Below, in pieces: positions 33,646 through 46,361 of a stretch of DNA of 64,000 nucleotides. Position numbers and translations under genes: made by a program. The notes below the pieces were generated by a model that saw only the letters and a list, made by a program, of their open reading frames with translations, was not told the origin of the DNA and made no database searches. Position 1 is the first letter of the stretch; each line of letters starts with the position of its first letter. This DNA comes from Rebecca billardiae RCC1528 (taxonomy: Eukaryota; Protista; Haptophyta): positions 620,001-684,000 of the forward strand of contig OZ251231.1 of NCBI GenBank assembly GCA_965240325.2. The letters are read 5' to 3'.

Positions 33646-34014
33646 TTCGATTATTGATTCCCAGGCGTCGGGAAATTTGAATCGCGTGGTCGTCATTCGT
33701 CAGACGGTCGAGTATCGTAATGATGTGCACGTGATGCTAAGACTGCGCTCCGCCGGCCTAGCTGATTCCTGAAAACTCAGAAGTCGTCTGACGCACCGTC
33801 CGCCGGGCGTCCGCGAATCAACTAATAATTGCTATACATATATATTATGTATACACACACACATATATATGATCGGCTACGCCGATCTTCGGGTAGTAAA
33901 CAACGAAGTTGAGGGCGCACGGCCCTGGTAGTTGTCGCGTTCTTCACCGAATCACGATGCGCGCGCCCGGCACGTCGCTCACTCGCCGTGCAGGAGGCGC
34001 GGCCGGCGCGGGCG

Positions 34015-34900
34015 CGAGTAATCGACGCGATCGACGGCCCGTCGCGGGGGGCTGCGCCGTGTCGAACTCAACGGCTTAGCAGCCGCAGCGCCTCCGCCCG
34101 GTGCGCTTCGGGCAGCCCTGCTGGGGCCGCGCGCAGCGCAGAGATCGCGCTCGGCAGCTCGCCCGTCTCAGCCTCGCACAGCCTTGCGCGCTCGGCGGGA
34201 TCGGCGCAGCGTCGGATGAATGAGCTCGCAGCTCTGAGCTCGCAGCTCGTCGGCCGGTCGGCGGCGGGAAAGAGCGTCGCGAGCAGCCGCGGCTCGAGCC
34301 TGTCTCCGACCTCCCGCAGCCGCAGCAGCCGCTCCTTGCACGCCCTCGGCGTCTTCCCCTCGAATGCGGGCACAATGAGCTCCCCACGGCACGTGACACC
34401 CTGGATTGCGACCTTTGTCTGTCAGCCTCGCCGCCGCGTCGATCGATGCAGTGCGAGGGCCGCTGTGCGCGTCGGCGCCGCCGCGGGTGCTGTCGGCCGA
34501 CGGCCTGGAGCGCGAGGGCGACTGCGAGCACGGGCGAGAGAGGAGCACGGCGTCGCCCGTAGCATATGCCACCTCGCCATCGTCGCGGACTCGCCGCTCG
34601 CAGATCTAAGCCCAGCCTCGTCGCGAGCAAAACAGATGCCCGCGCTCGGCCTCGTGCTGCGAGGACTGGCGCCCAGCCTCGTCGCCCGCAGATCTGCGCG
34701 CGCTGCTTGCCGCGCCGTCATGCGCAGCCAGAGAGAGAGAGGCTCACGGTCAGCACTCCGCACGCGGAGCCATCACAGCGCGGCCATGGTCATGGACGGC
34801 GCGAGCGTGAGGGCTTGGGCGAGCGACTTCCCGCGAACATGCCGAGAGTTCAGCTGCGCGGGCGTGCGGCGTGGCGCGCGCGGGCGCGCGCATGGTCAGC
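34015..34900 (-). pseudogene. Degenerate copy of an unknown gene, paralogous to 38640-39651
   Basis: PAFEGK...LLATLFPA...RRCADPAERARLC...GLPEAHRAE.LRLL shared with the + strand copy; multiple frameshifts. Confidence 0.6.
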
Positions 34901-35655
34901 TGGAAATACAGCGAGAAACGCGCCTCGCCCCCACGCGCCACGCGCTTTCGCACCCAGAGTACGCATTGCCCGCCTCTCAGAGGCTCCGTGTGGCCAGCTT
35001 TTGTATCATCGCGCGCGAAGCCGTGTGATGACGAGCAGTATTAATCAACGGGAGATAACTATCATAATCAGAAAGGATACGGTTATGAATCGCGCGCGCG
35101 GGAACCAGTTTATCGTTCATATTCGTCAAGCTCTCCTGGACGCGCCGGTATTCAAAATGGGAGAGAATCAAGGGTCGTGCGTGAAGCGGTAGAAATTCTT
35201 ATGCTCATGAGATTTCAGGCTCAAGAATGGATTGCCACCCGCATTGACGTCGTATCAACATCAGATGACCAAAAGCACATGACCGCGTTCCGCGGTCCTT
35301 TTCCGTAGAACCAACGCAGTTGGGGGCCCGCGGCGCAGTGGTTGAGAATGAGACTGACGAGTCAGTCAGTCCGCGAGTCAGAAAGACAGTTCAGCCACTC
35401 TGAGAGGGAGAGTCAGACCCGAGACCGAGTCTCGGACTCGGCGCGAGTAAGTGCGGGCATTTATTGCGGGCGCGCACGGCCAAGGGTGGCATGGGACACC
35501 AGCGGACGGGCCGCGCGGTGAAGCGGGGCGGCGCGCTCGCAGGGCGAGAGGCGCGGACGGGCCGCGCGGGGAAGCGGGGCGGCGGCGCGCGCAGGGCGAG
35601 AGGGCGAGAGGCGCCGCGCGGCGCCGGGCCGGCGCGTGCGCGCGTGCGGGCGCAC

Positions 35656-36202
35656 CTGCTTCAGCTTGAGGTGCTCGCGCTGCGCCATGCGCTCGACGAA
35701 GGGCCGCTGGTCGCTCAGCCGGCGCGCCTCGGGCCGGCATGGCGAGAGCGCGCGCCACTGCTGCCCGCCCACGCTGCGCAGCCACGCGCAGACCGAGCGG
35801 AGCTCGGGGTGGAACGAAGCGAGTGGCATGTCGCGCCCGCCGCCCGGCGCACGTGTGCCCTGCTCCACCGCGCCGCCGTGCTCGCCCGCCGCCTGCTCCG
35901 CCGCGTCGGCCTCGAGGATGGCGGCGGCCAGCAACAGGCTGAGCGGCGCGCGCTCGCCCACGGTCGCTTCGAGGGCCGTCCACACCTGCTCGAGCTGCTG
36001 CAGGGCGTCGACAAGGGCAGCGCGACCGCCCAGCGCGTCCGCGTGCGCGTGGAGCTCGGCGTCTCGCTTCGCCAGGTCGGCGCCCAGCGCCTCGCCCTCT
36101 GCGCGCACGCGTCGAGCTGAAGCTCGGCGTCGCGCTTCGCCGGCTCGGCGCCCAGCGCCTCCACGCGAGTACCTGCCTGTCAATTGTCTGCTCTGTCTCC
36201 AT
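35656..36202 (-). pseudogene. Helical protein-like gene fragment ending at an intron donor
   Basis: ALGADLAKRDAELHAH...FVERMAQREHLKLKQ followed by AAGCAG|GTGCGC; duplicated and frameshifted 5' part; no downstream exon found. Confidence 0.35.
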
Positions 36203-36757
36203 CCGGCCGGATGCCGGCCGTCGGCCGGCCGTCCGGTCGCGAGCACGCGGATGGCTCCCGCGCACTTGCGTGCCTGCGCGACGCAGCGCGCACGCACAGC
36301 GACACGGGCGCGGGGTAGAAATCAGGAGAGCGCCGCCGCCCGCGCACCACCCCACCGAGAGTACGCACATGCGCACGCCGTGACGACATGGCACGACATG
36401 GCGCATGTCGAACGCAACGCCCCGACACGGAAGCCTGATGGCTGATCCGCGCGCGCCCGCAAACGCGGACGCGCGCGCGGGCGGGCGCGCGGGCGTGCGT
36501 ACGCCGCCCGCGCGGGAGGCGCCCGCGGCCGCGCGCGCTCCGCGCGCGTGGCGCGCGCTCCGCGCGGTCGTCCACACCGATGGTCGCCGGGTCGAGGAGG
36601 AGGGCTCGCCCGTGTGGGTGCAGCCCCCTGTTTTGAGCTTCGCGAGTTCGTGACGCTTTAAATAAATAGTCAGGGGCGGCGTCGACGTCTCATTTTTCGC
36701 GAGTTGGGTACGCTTCATCAGGGGCGGCGTCGACGTCTCATATTCATGAGTAAACTA

Positions 36758-36884
36758 ATCTCGTCGCCTGCCTGAGCTGTGTGCGTCTCTGCTTATTCTT
36801 AGTAAACTGTATAGTACTGATTGATCATACTATACAGTTTACTCAGAATAAGAGACGCACACAGCTCATGATTGCTCAGGCGAG
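36758..36884. repeat. Two back-to-back inverted copies of the Tc1-like TIR relic
   Basis: ...TTAGTAAACTGTA at 36799-36811 and TACAGTTTACT... from 36833; both carry small insertions. Confidence 0.65.
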
Positions 36885-38639
36885 TGGTGTCCGTTTTTAT
36901 CGGTTGGCAGGTTGGCGGCAATCTCATACCTAAAAGCGCGCTCGTAACGAACCGTTACGTTAAAGTCACGGCCGCTCACGTCCATCGATTACTTCCGGAA
37001 TCAGCTGGACGCGGTTTTTTTCGGCCTAATAGACCTCTATGCGATCTCAAAAACTCGAAACTCGGTCTCCGCCAGCCCTAAAAATCGCCCCCCGTCCCTT
37101 TTTTCTTGATCAAAGATCTTTTTGAAACGTGGTTCGGGCCCGCTGGTGCGGGCTCCACGCTGCGCGCTCCGCCCTGCACCGCGGGCCATCAACAACAGTA
37201 GCTTGCTAACCGTATGATACCAGGGCGCGCGGGAACGTCGATTCAAGCTACCCGCGCAATACCATATCGCGTCGCTTTGATGAATCTGAGGAGTGAACAG
37301 CTATCCAGAGAATTCGTTCGACATCTCACCTTTTGTATGGTCAGTTCAACACACGAATCTTGACTATCAGAATGGTAGCTAGATGACTTCGTCCTATTTG
37401 ATTCCGAATTCTTCTATTACTTACTACCCAACGATTAAGGAGGACAGTACAAACGCAATCATGAGCAGCGATATGGACTCAAATGCTGCGGTTTCACACC
37501 TAAATCCACCTACAAAAATCCCCCAAATCCTGCGCGCATCCTCGATCTTTTTTGATTTTGCGGAGCACGTGCGCCGCCCCCCCCGGCTTTCGCTCACGCT
37601 CAGACCTTTCGGGGGGGCCGTGCGCCATGATATGACCGCGTTCCCGGCGGTCCTTTTCTGCATAGAATCAACGCAGTTGGGGGCCCGCGGTGGCCGTGCA
37701 ATCGCGGCTCTCCGCCGTAGTGGCAGTTCGCCAGTTGAAGTCGGTTCTGAGATGACTGAAGCTATTAGTCCGACCGTCGCCCTGCCTGCGCGAACGCGAG
37801 ACTCATTCACACTTCACACAATCACAGCAGCGGACCTGAGACCGCACCCGGCACCGGTCGTCAAATCGGACGTCCGTCTGACAACTAGCTGCCAAATGTC
37901 CAACTGGCTGATCAGCTCGGATCCGACCCGTCCGCGATCGTGCCGAGTGAGTCGTGCCGCGGAGCTCGGAGTACTGAAGGAGTCGGGTGTGACAGCAGGG
38001 TGCTTTAGCGCTGCGGCCCGTGCCAGCCAACGACCAGACGTACTCTGGCCACTTGACCCGTTGCACGGGTGAGTGACCGTACGCCCTGCCTACCCGTACC
38101 GCGCGCGCCGCGCGACTCGGGGTGATGTCAGAGAGCGGATGGCGACAGCAGCAGCAGTCCTCATGAAGACGATGAAACTGGCGGCACGGGTGCACGAGGT
38201 GGCAGGCGAAAGCGCGCCGACGAGACCGCATTTGACACACCTGAGCCGCACGCGCGTGCCGTCGCCGAGCGGCGACTGCCGACTCGGCGCTGCAAACGCG
38301 CAACCGTACCGCGCGCGCCACGAGCCCACGACGGCGCGGCACTAGCTGATGCAGGCCGTACTGCCGGCACTGCTTCTGCGATCATGCGCCACGGTCGCAG
38401 CTGACTGCGTGAGCAGCAAGCGGGAGGCGGGTCCGGAGGCACGTGCAGGCGCGCTCGCAGCCAGGGGTTGGTCCCGCATCCGCCATCGTGCCGGGGCACG
38501 TCACCTCCGACGATCCGGATGTGGCCCAGTCCGGACGTCACGCGATCCGGGACGGTCGACGAATACGATTCGCTCGTAACGAACCGTTACGCTAAAGTCA
38601 CGTCCGGCTCACGTCCAGATCGCACTTTACTTAGGGAAT

Positions 38640-39651
38640 ATCGTGGGCGCGGCGCGCTCTGCAACGTGGGCTGCGCACAGGTGCTCGCAGTGCTCGAGGA
38701 ACACTCGACCGAGTTGTGCTTGCCGGTGGACGCCGCGCTCGCCGTGCTCTCCATGCAGTTTGGCGGTCGCAGCGACACGAGCATGTCGTGGCGCTGTCGC
38801 CTGGCCTCGAAGCGCGAGCTCGCGCAGTGCGCGCGCGAGCTGCGCGCGCTCCTGAGCGCGCGCGCGTCCGGCGCGCACGCGCTCATCTGGCCGATCAGCG
38901 CGCTGCCCGGCGCACACCCGTCCGGCATCGACACTGACGGCGCGGCGCCATGCGCGCACGAGGCGGAGCCGTCGCCGACCGCCATGGACGTCGATGCCAG
39001 CGGCATCGACGCCGCGCACACACGTGCCACCGCCGCCGCTGCTTGGCCTGACGCCCGCGACGCCCCTGCGCAGGGGCCGGGAGCAGCAGCCGCGTGCGAG
39101 CGCGCCCCGCGGGCGCGCGCGGCGATAAGCAGTTGCGTACCGAGCAGCGCGCCGCGCCCCAGCCCGCAGACTCGCCCGAGCACGCATTCGCGCGCCTGCA
39201 CGCCGCGCTCCGCACCATGCGCGACGGGCGCGTGCTTTGCTTCTACATGCAGAAAGACTCGACGTGGGACGTGGAGGCTGATCTCGCGCTACACGCGCGC
39301 GCGACGCGCGTGGCCGGCGTTCGAGGGCAAGTCGGCGAACGCATGCGCGCTGCGGCTGCGGCGGCTGCGCAAGCTGACCGGGGAGGTCGAGCCGGGTCTG
39401 CTCGCCACGCTCTTCCCCGCCGACGCCGACGACGAGCTGCGCGAGCTGGTCAGGCGGTGCGCCGACCCAGCCGAGCGCGCCAGGCTGTGCTCGGCTCACA
39501 CGGCCGGGCGCTGCCGAGCGCGACGGCCGTGCTGCGCGAGGCGACGGTTGGGCTGCCCGAGGCGCACCGAGCGGAGGGGCTGCGGCTGCTCCGCGTCGAG
39601 TTCGACACAGCGCAGCCCCCCGAGGCCGTGGATCGCGTCGACTTTACGTAG
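38640..39651 (+). pseudogene. Frameshifted copy of an unknown gene, paralogous to 34015-34900
   Basis: The homologous peptide switches between ORFs 38468 and 39094 (WPAFEGKSANACALRL...; LPSATAVLREATVGLPEAHRAEGLRLLRVEFDTAQPP). Confidence 0.55.
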
Positions 39652-40011
39652 CCGCGCACGGGGCTCGAGCACGGTGTGTGGACGCAGCTGCAGCCGAGCG
39701 CGCACACGCGCCGCTTGGAATCGTTATGATACACGGCCCTGCTAATTAATTGCTGGTACTGTTTTACAAGTATCACACACACACATATTTATATAGTAAG
39801 TACTACTGCTAGTAGTAAGTAACTGTAAACTATAGTTGGATGGACGCGCACTCAAATACCAATTAATTATGTAAGGGTTAAAAAGTGGGCATGCGCGCGA
39901 CGCGCCAAGATTCCTCGTCGGATTCATCGACGATGATGAATCACGCTCGCAGGATTGGGGGTAGCTCTGAGCTGTGCGCGCAGCACTTGAAGGGGAATCG
40001 CGCCGGCCGTG

Positions 40012-42419
40012 ATGCCCTGGCGACGCATCGGGGCGGCCGCGCTGGTGGTCGGCGCCCTCGCCTGGGCGCGGGGGGAGCTCGTCGTGCTCAACGGCAGCCA
40101 CGCGGGGCTCACGCTCGCCGCCACGCGCTACGACGTGTCCGTGCTCGCGTTTGACGTCACGGCGCCGCTGGTGGCGACCGAGGCGGCGGAGTGGGAGGTG
40201 TCGGGGTCGTGCCCGCCGCGCTGGGTGGGCGGGGCGGGGCGACTCGAGGGTGCGCTCGTGCTGATTGCCGCCGAACTCCTCGGCTGCTCCCCCGAGATGT
40301 ACGCGCGCGCGTGCCTCGAGCACGGCTGCGTCGGCCTGGCCAACTATGACATCGACTCTTCGCTGTTCGACAAGGTGCCCGGCCGTCACGCGCGCCTCTT
40401 CTTCCTCGAGGACCCGCGCGAGCGCATGACGATGGTGGTGGACGTCTCGCAGGCCGCCGCACGCCCGCTCGTCCGCTCGCTCCTCGCCGGCGAGCGCGTG
40501 CTCGCGCGCGTGCGCCCATCCCCCAACCCTTGGCTCGAGCTCTACGACTCGGCCGCGTGGGTGCTGTGGCGGCTGGCGCTGGCGTACCAGTCGCTCGAGG
40601 TGCTCGAGCTCGCGGCGTGCAAGCTGTTCGCCTTCTGCCTCTCAGAGAGCACCGCCCTCGCCAACTCCTCCATCGCCGTCTCCCTGCTGCTCGTCGAGCT
40701 GCTCACCAACCTGATGCGGTGCGCGTACATTGGGTTCGACCCGTATGGCTGCCGCGGGCTGGTGGACGGCCGCACCGACGTGGCGCTGGTCTCGCCGCAC
40801 GTCGCGCTGGGCAGCATGGGCACGGCGTTGTTTCTATGTGCGCGCGCCGCCCGCGCGCCGCCGCGCGCCGCCTTCGGAGCTCAGCCGCCGCCGCGCGCTC
40901 GCCCGGCGCGCTCCGCGCCGCCGCCCGCTGCCGCGCGCGCGCCGCGTCGCAGACTACTTCAGCCAGGCGGCGTCGCGCGAGGGCCTCGCGACGATGCGGC
41001 TGAGCGGCCCCGCCCGCACCTTCCCCTTCATCGTGCTCGCGCTGCTCGCGCTGTGCTTCGACACGGGCTGCACCGCGTGCCTGTTCGTGTGGCCGAGGCA
41101 CGCCGCCACACTCAACACAGCCGTCAGGGCCAAGCGTGCGCGCGCCCGCCGCCGTGCCGCCCGCGCCGCCCGCGCCGGCGTTGCGGCGTGCGTGTGTCTC
41201 ACGCGCACCGCGGTTTCCCCCCTCCTCCTCCTCGGCCCCCTGCCCCAGTGCTGCTCGGCATCGTGCTGCTGCCCACCGTGCTGCTGGTTGCGTGCATGGA
41301 CACGTACGCGCGCGTGCACGGGCTGCTGCGCACGCTGCCGCCGCGGCTGTGCAAGGCGCTGATGGCGCGGATGCGCGTGAGCATGGCGGCGTCGGTGCTC
41401 GCGCTCGTCGCGGGCGTCGCCTGGCCCTTCGCCGGCGCGCGGCCCTGGCCCTTCTTCTGGGACGTCTTCGTCTTCCGCATGGCGCTCAACTTCCAGTCGT
41501 ACACGCAGGTGAATGCCTTCTGGCCGCACGAGCGAGGGGCGGTGGTGCTCGGCCCGCTGGCCAGGCTGCGCGCGGTGTGGATGGCGCCAGTGCGCGCGGC
41601 GCAGAGGGGCGCGGCGCGCGCGGCGAGGGCGGGGCTGCGCGCGCTGCTCGCCACCTCGAGCTTCGCGCTCAGCGAGAGCGACATCGAGTCTGGCCGCTCG
41701 TCGAGCAACTCGTCCGCATCGGACGCGCCGCACGGCGGCGGCGCGGGCGGCGGCGGCGGCGCGCGGCGCGCGGCACAGCTCGCGTCGATGCAGGGGCTGG
41801 CCGAGTCGCTCGACCCGCGGCAGCTGCCCGCGCACGCGCTCCACGGCGTGGCGCTGCCTCTCATCCTCGAGCTCGTCGCCGTCCTCGCTGAGCCCGAGCC
41901 CGCGTGCGCCGCGCGCGACCTCACCATCGGCCAGCTCCACGTGCTGCTCCACACGCGCCGCGCTCGCGCGAGGGCGCAGCCGCTCGGTCGCGCCGGCCGC
42001 GTTGGCGCGGCCGGCTGCGAGCGTGCAGAGGAGGACGAGCTGCGAAGCGGCTCGATGAGCGTGGCTGAGCAGTACGTCAACGCGCGGTGCATCGCCGACG
42101 GCCTCCCCGCCGTCGGCCGCGCCCAGCTCTACGTCGCCGTCGAGCACACCTGCCCGGTGCTGTCGCTCTGCTCGGCGCTGCAGCCGCTCCGCGAGCAGCG
42201 GGGCGTGCGCTACGTGTGGCTGGCGGCGCTGTGCGCGCGCCCGCAGGGGGCGGCGCACGCTGAGCTGCGGAGGATCGACGTGCTGCGCCTCGAGCACGTG
42301 CAGCGGCAGATTGGCACGACGGCGCTCGTGCTCGACTCGTGGGAGCACGCGCCGGGCGGCGTGCTCGCGCGCATGGCGGCGCGAGCGGAGGGCGGCGGCG
42401 GCGCGGACGGCGGCGGCGA

Positions 42420-42492
<73 letters not shown>

Positions 42493-43755
42493 ACGGCGAC
42501 CGCGACGGTGGCTGCGGCGGCGGTGGGCTCCGCGCTGCCCACCTGCCTGCGCCGACTCTGGATCCTCGCCGAGCTCGTGCTCTGGGCGAGTGCGCACGCT
42601 GACGACCCCGACCTGGCGCTGCTCCTCGCGCCCACGCCGCGCGCGGAGCCGGCGCTGCGCCGCTGCCTGGCCGAGCTGGCCGCAGACCGCGCGCACGCGG
42701 CCGCGCGACAGCGGGCGGCGGGGGCGGCGGCGGAGGAGGGGAGCGGACGGGCGGGAGGCGAGGCGGAGGTGGAGCTGGGCGCGTTGGAGATGGGCGCGGG
42801 CGGGGCAGACGACGCCGGCGGAGCGCCGCCGCCGGGCGGGCACGGCACGCCAGCCGCTTTCAGCGCGGCAACGGCCGCGGCCTCGGCGCCGCCACTCACT
42901 CTGGCCGCGGGCGACGCGGCGCGCCCGCTGCCGCCGCCGTGCGCGGCGGTGGACGTGAGCCTCTCGGCCGCGGCGACGCAGTCGGAGCAGCTGCAGCTCT
43001 GGGCGGCGTGCTGCACGCGGCTCAGCGTCGGCCTCGAGGCGGCGGCCATCCCCGTGTGCGCGGACAGCCTGCGCCTCGCCTTCAACGCGCACGCGCGCGC
43101 CGCCCTCGAGGCCGCACTTAGCGAGCACGCCGCGGCGCACGCGCGTCCGCACCACGCGGGCGGCGCGGACGCGGAGGGCGACGCGGACGGCCACGCGGAT
43201 GACGGCGCACACGTCGCGATGCTGCGCGGCGGCGCGGGGCTCAGGGCGTGGCGCGTGCAGCTGCGCGGCTGGCTCGACCGCCAGGGCGGCGCGCGCATGG
43301 CCCGCTTGGCTGCCCTGCGCGGCGGCGCGAGAGCGGCGCACGCCGACGCATCGCACGCAGCGGACTCAGAGTGCGCGAACGGCGGCGCAGCCGCGGGCGT
43401 GCCGCTCAGCGAGTGCGGCGGCGGCGGCGCGGGCGTCGAGCTGCGCCGGCTTGGCGCGGCTTGGACGCGCGGGGCCTCCCGCGCCGGCACGGCTGACCTC
43501 CCGAGCGACGCGGAGCGCGCCGCCGCGCACGAGCCGACGCCGCTGCAGCCCGCGGCCGCGACGGCCGAGCGCACGGCTGTGGGCAGGATGTTGGCGGCGG
43601 CTCGGTGCGGCGCGGCGCAGTACAGCCGGCGCGCCTGCTGCGAGCCGCAGCAGCTCATGGACGTGGACGATGCAGCAGCAGACGACGACGACGACAACGT
43701 CGACGAGCATCGACATCGACGAGCAGATGATCGATACTTGTACTCCACCGAGTAA
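40012..43755 (+). CDS. Signal peptide + PA-like ectodomain + multi-TM (about 7) + degenerate TIR-like cytoplasmic domain; introns 40838-40952 and 41136-41248
   Basis: Two phase-1 GTGCGC...CAG introns give a continuous hydrophobic TM series (exon 2 lies in ORF 40730). C-terminal RYVWLAAL...IGTTALVLDSWE...CLRRLWILAEL. Confidence 0.65.
42421..42492 (+). repeat. (CCCGCG)n coding repeat giving a Pro-Ala tract
   Basis: About 12 perfect hexamer units in frame. Confidence 0.95.
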
Positions 43756-43935
43756 TAAGGCACAGCCTGGGTACAGTTTACTATGTTTTAACGTGCACAC
43801 TTGGTTAAGGCGTGTAGTAGACTAGTAGTTTTGTAACAGTACTCAGTAGTGAGCAACCACTGCCACTGCCACTGGCACTGCGCACTGCCACCAAGGCACC
43901 AAGCCACCGACTTGACTCACAGTCATCGAAGAGCG

Positions 43936-45285
43936 ATGGCGGCCGGCCCGGGCGGCATGTGGATCTGCACGCGTGTGTGTCCGCCTTTTGGCACGTCGTT
44001 GAGCGAGGGTCGCGATGGGCGCGGGCGAGGGCTCGTTGCAGTGCTGCTACTACTGGCGCCACATCAAAGGGCCGCGGGCGCAACATCCCTCCGCACAGCC
44101 GTCGGCGGTGAGGTATCACCCGAGCGCTACGCGCGATCGCTGCTGCGCAGCGCATCTCGTGATGAGGCTCTGGTTGAGGGCTTTGCGCTCGCCACTCGCT
44201 TCACTACGCTGAACGAACCCTTGCCCAAAACCGTCCGCCTCATCCCGGTAGGTCCTTTCCACGGATCGGGAGAGATTGACGTCCCCAGCGGCGTTCGCGA
44301 GCTCGTGCTGTGCAAGCAGCCGCGCGCAGTGCGCCCGGACGTGCACGTGCAGGTGGCGTACGTGCACGTCTTCAAGGCGGCGGGCACGACTATGAGCAAC
44401 GTCATATACAGGGGATGCCCCGGCGTTTCCTGGTGCGAGTCCCAAGGCTGGTGCCGAGATTGGCCTTCGACGTTTGAAGGCCGGAACATCAGCCGCAGGG
44501 ACGTCGTCGTGCTCGCCACCGTGCGCGAGCCGGTCGAGCGGTTCGTCTCGGCGGTGCACGAGCTGCGGCGGCGTGAGAGAAGTTGGGCAAAGGTGGAGGC
44601 ATTCGCCAACCCGCGCCAGCTGGAGCGGATGGGCAATGGGACGAGCTTGTGGGCGACCCTCGTGCTGAACCTGATCGCGCGGGACGGGTTCTGGGATGGC
44701 CATCTGTGGCCGCAGGCGTCTCACCTGCACAACAGGGCGCGGAGGCGGCTGCCGGTGCGCTTCATCGGCGCTGTCGATGACGGCGTGAACGACACGATGC
44801 GGCTGCTGCAGCATTGGCTGCACATCCGCCGCCCGCCGACAGTGCCGCACGAGAGGCAGCGCAACCCTGGCGAGGACTTTGGGCTCCTGCCCTGGCACGT
44901 GGGGCTGCTCTGCCAACTGTACTGGTACGACTTCCTCGCATTCGGCTACCCCGCCCCGTGGCAATGCCCCGAGCTGAGAGCGCGCCTGGAGAAGGAGAGG
45001 GCGCGCGCGGCGGCGGCTGCCGCTGCTGTCCACGTGAGTGCACGCACAACGCAGCTCCCCGATGCATCAGCTCATGCTCAGAGTCGGCAGGCAAAACCGA
45101 CGACGCCGTCGAGGAAACACAGCAGGCAGCATCCGTTGGGAGGGCCCAAGCGCAGTCACAAGGCTGGCTATGTGTACGTGGCATCTCAGTCTCACGCACC
45201 TGATGGTGTGCGACGAGGCTCTTCCTCCCACCAGCACAGACCCAACGTGAATGTGCATCGCAGCGGGCACCATGACCATCATTGA
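43936..45285 (+). CDS. Golgi-type sulfotransferase, copy 2 (recent paralog of 32272-33645)
   Basis: Same motifs; long identical nucleotide blocks; only in-frame indels in the catalytic region. Confidence 0.82.
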   Translation: MAAGPGGMWICTRVCPPFGTSLSEGRDGRGRGLVAVLLLLAPHQRAAGATSLRTAVGGEVSPERYARSLLRSASRDEALVEGFALATRFTTLNEPLPKTVRLIPVGPFHGSGEIDVPSGVRELVLCKQPRAVRPDVHVQVAYVHVFKAAGTTMSNVIYRGCPGVSWCESQGWCRDWPSTFEGRNISRRDVVVLATVREPVERFVSAVHELRRRERSWAKVEAFANPRQLERMGNGTSLWATLVLNLIARDGFWDGHLWPQASHLHNRARRRLPVRFIGAVDDGVNDTMRLLQHWLHIRRPPTVPHERQRNPGEDFGLLPWHVGLLCQLYWYDFLAFGYPAPWQCPELRARLEKERARAAAAAAAVHVSARTTQLPDASAHAQSRQAKPTTPSRKHSRQHPLGGPKRSHKAGYVYVASQSHAPDGVRRGSSSHQHRPNVNVHRSGHHDHH

Positions 45286-46214
45286 CGAGTCGTAGACACT
45301 AGACAGTAGACTGCTAATAACAGTAGCCAGTACCTTATAATAGGACTACCGTCTCCAATAACATATATTAAACTGGACATGCACTTTGATGGGCAGCAGC
45401 TCAGCGTACGGCCTGTGGCTGCCTCGCGCGGGGTCTGAAGGAGCCGGGCCAGCTCGGCTCGTGTGCACCCCACTAGGTCTGTCTGCGACCGCGCATAGCC
45501 GGGCAGCCCGCGTTTACGGAGCACCCCCGCTGGGTCATGCGGACAGTCGGCACAAGGCTGGTCGTGAGGCCTGAGGGCCGTGAAGCAGCCATGTGGCGGC
45601 TTCTGCGCATATGTCTGTAGCCAGCAAGCCCGCTCAAGGCCGCGCAGATATTATTACGTGGCATGGTCGATGACTATGCGGCATGCGCTCGACAGCCTGA
45701 CTGGGCAAGCCCGGGCATAGCGCTACACCAGGAGTATAGTTATACGGCGCCCGATCGGACCAGCCTACCAGTTGCGCACCTCTCTTGCCAACTGTCTTGC
45801 ACAGCTGCTGCACAGCCCATCGATCGGCTCTGGCCGTGCAGGCAAGGGCTACAGTCGGCGCTACTACCCGCAGCGAATGCTGGAGGCCCACCAGTGCGCG
45901 CACCAACCCGCCCGCCGCCAAATGCAACCGTGCGCCAGATACGAATTTCAGCATGCATGCTGCACTCACTGGGGCTCCGTGGACCTGTTCAGAGCCAACC
46001 GCTAGTCGGTTGAGCTGTACATCCAAGCCAGCCCTGGCCACACGCTAAGCGCGCCGCTCGCTGCAACCACATCCTGTCGTCATCCGAGGAGTAAGGTCCA
46101 TGGCGCTACTGTGAGCCTCTGGCCCATCTCATCGTCAGCATCCGTAGTCAGCAAAAATCAGTGTCCGAACAATTGTTGGGGACCATGTAGCTCAGAGTCT
46201 ACAGAGTACATAGC

Positions 46215-46361
46215 TACAGTTTACGCTAAGAATAAGAGACGCACACAGCTCAGGCAGGCGAGTTTACTAATTCTATGATTTAAAGACACGCTGTGTGCGT
46301 CTCTTATTCTTAGTAAACTGTAATAAGAATAAGAGACGCACACAGCTCAGGCAGGCGAGAT
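46215..46361. mobile_element. Mini Tc1/mariner-type MITE (46215-46322, TA-flanked) plus an adjacent third TIR copy
   Basis: TA-CAGTTTAC[GC]TAAGAATAAGAGACGCACACAGC ... GCTGTGTGCGTCTCTTATTCTTAGTAAACTG-TA. Confidence 0.65.
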
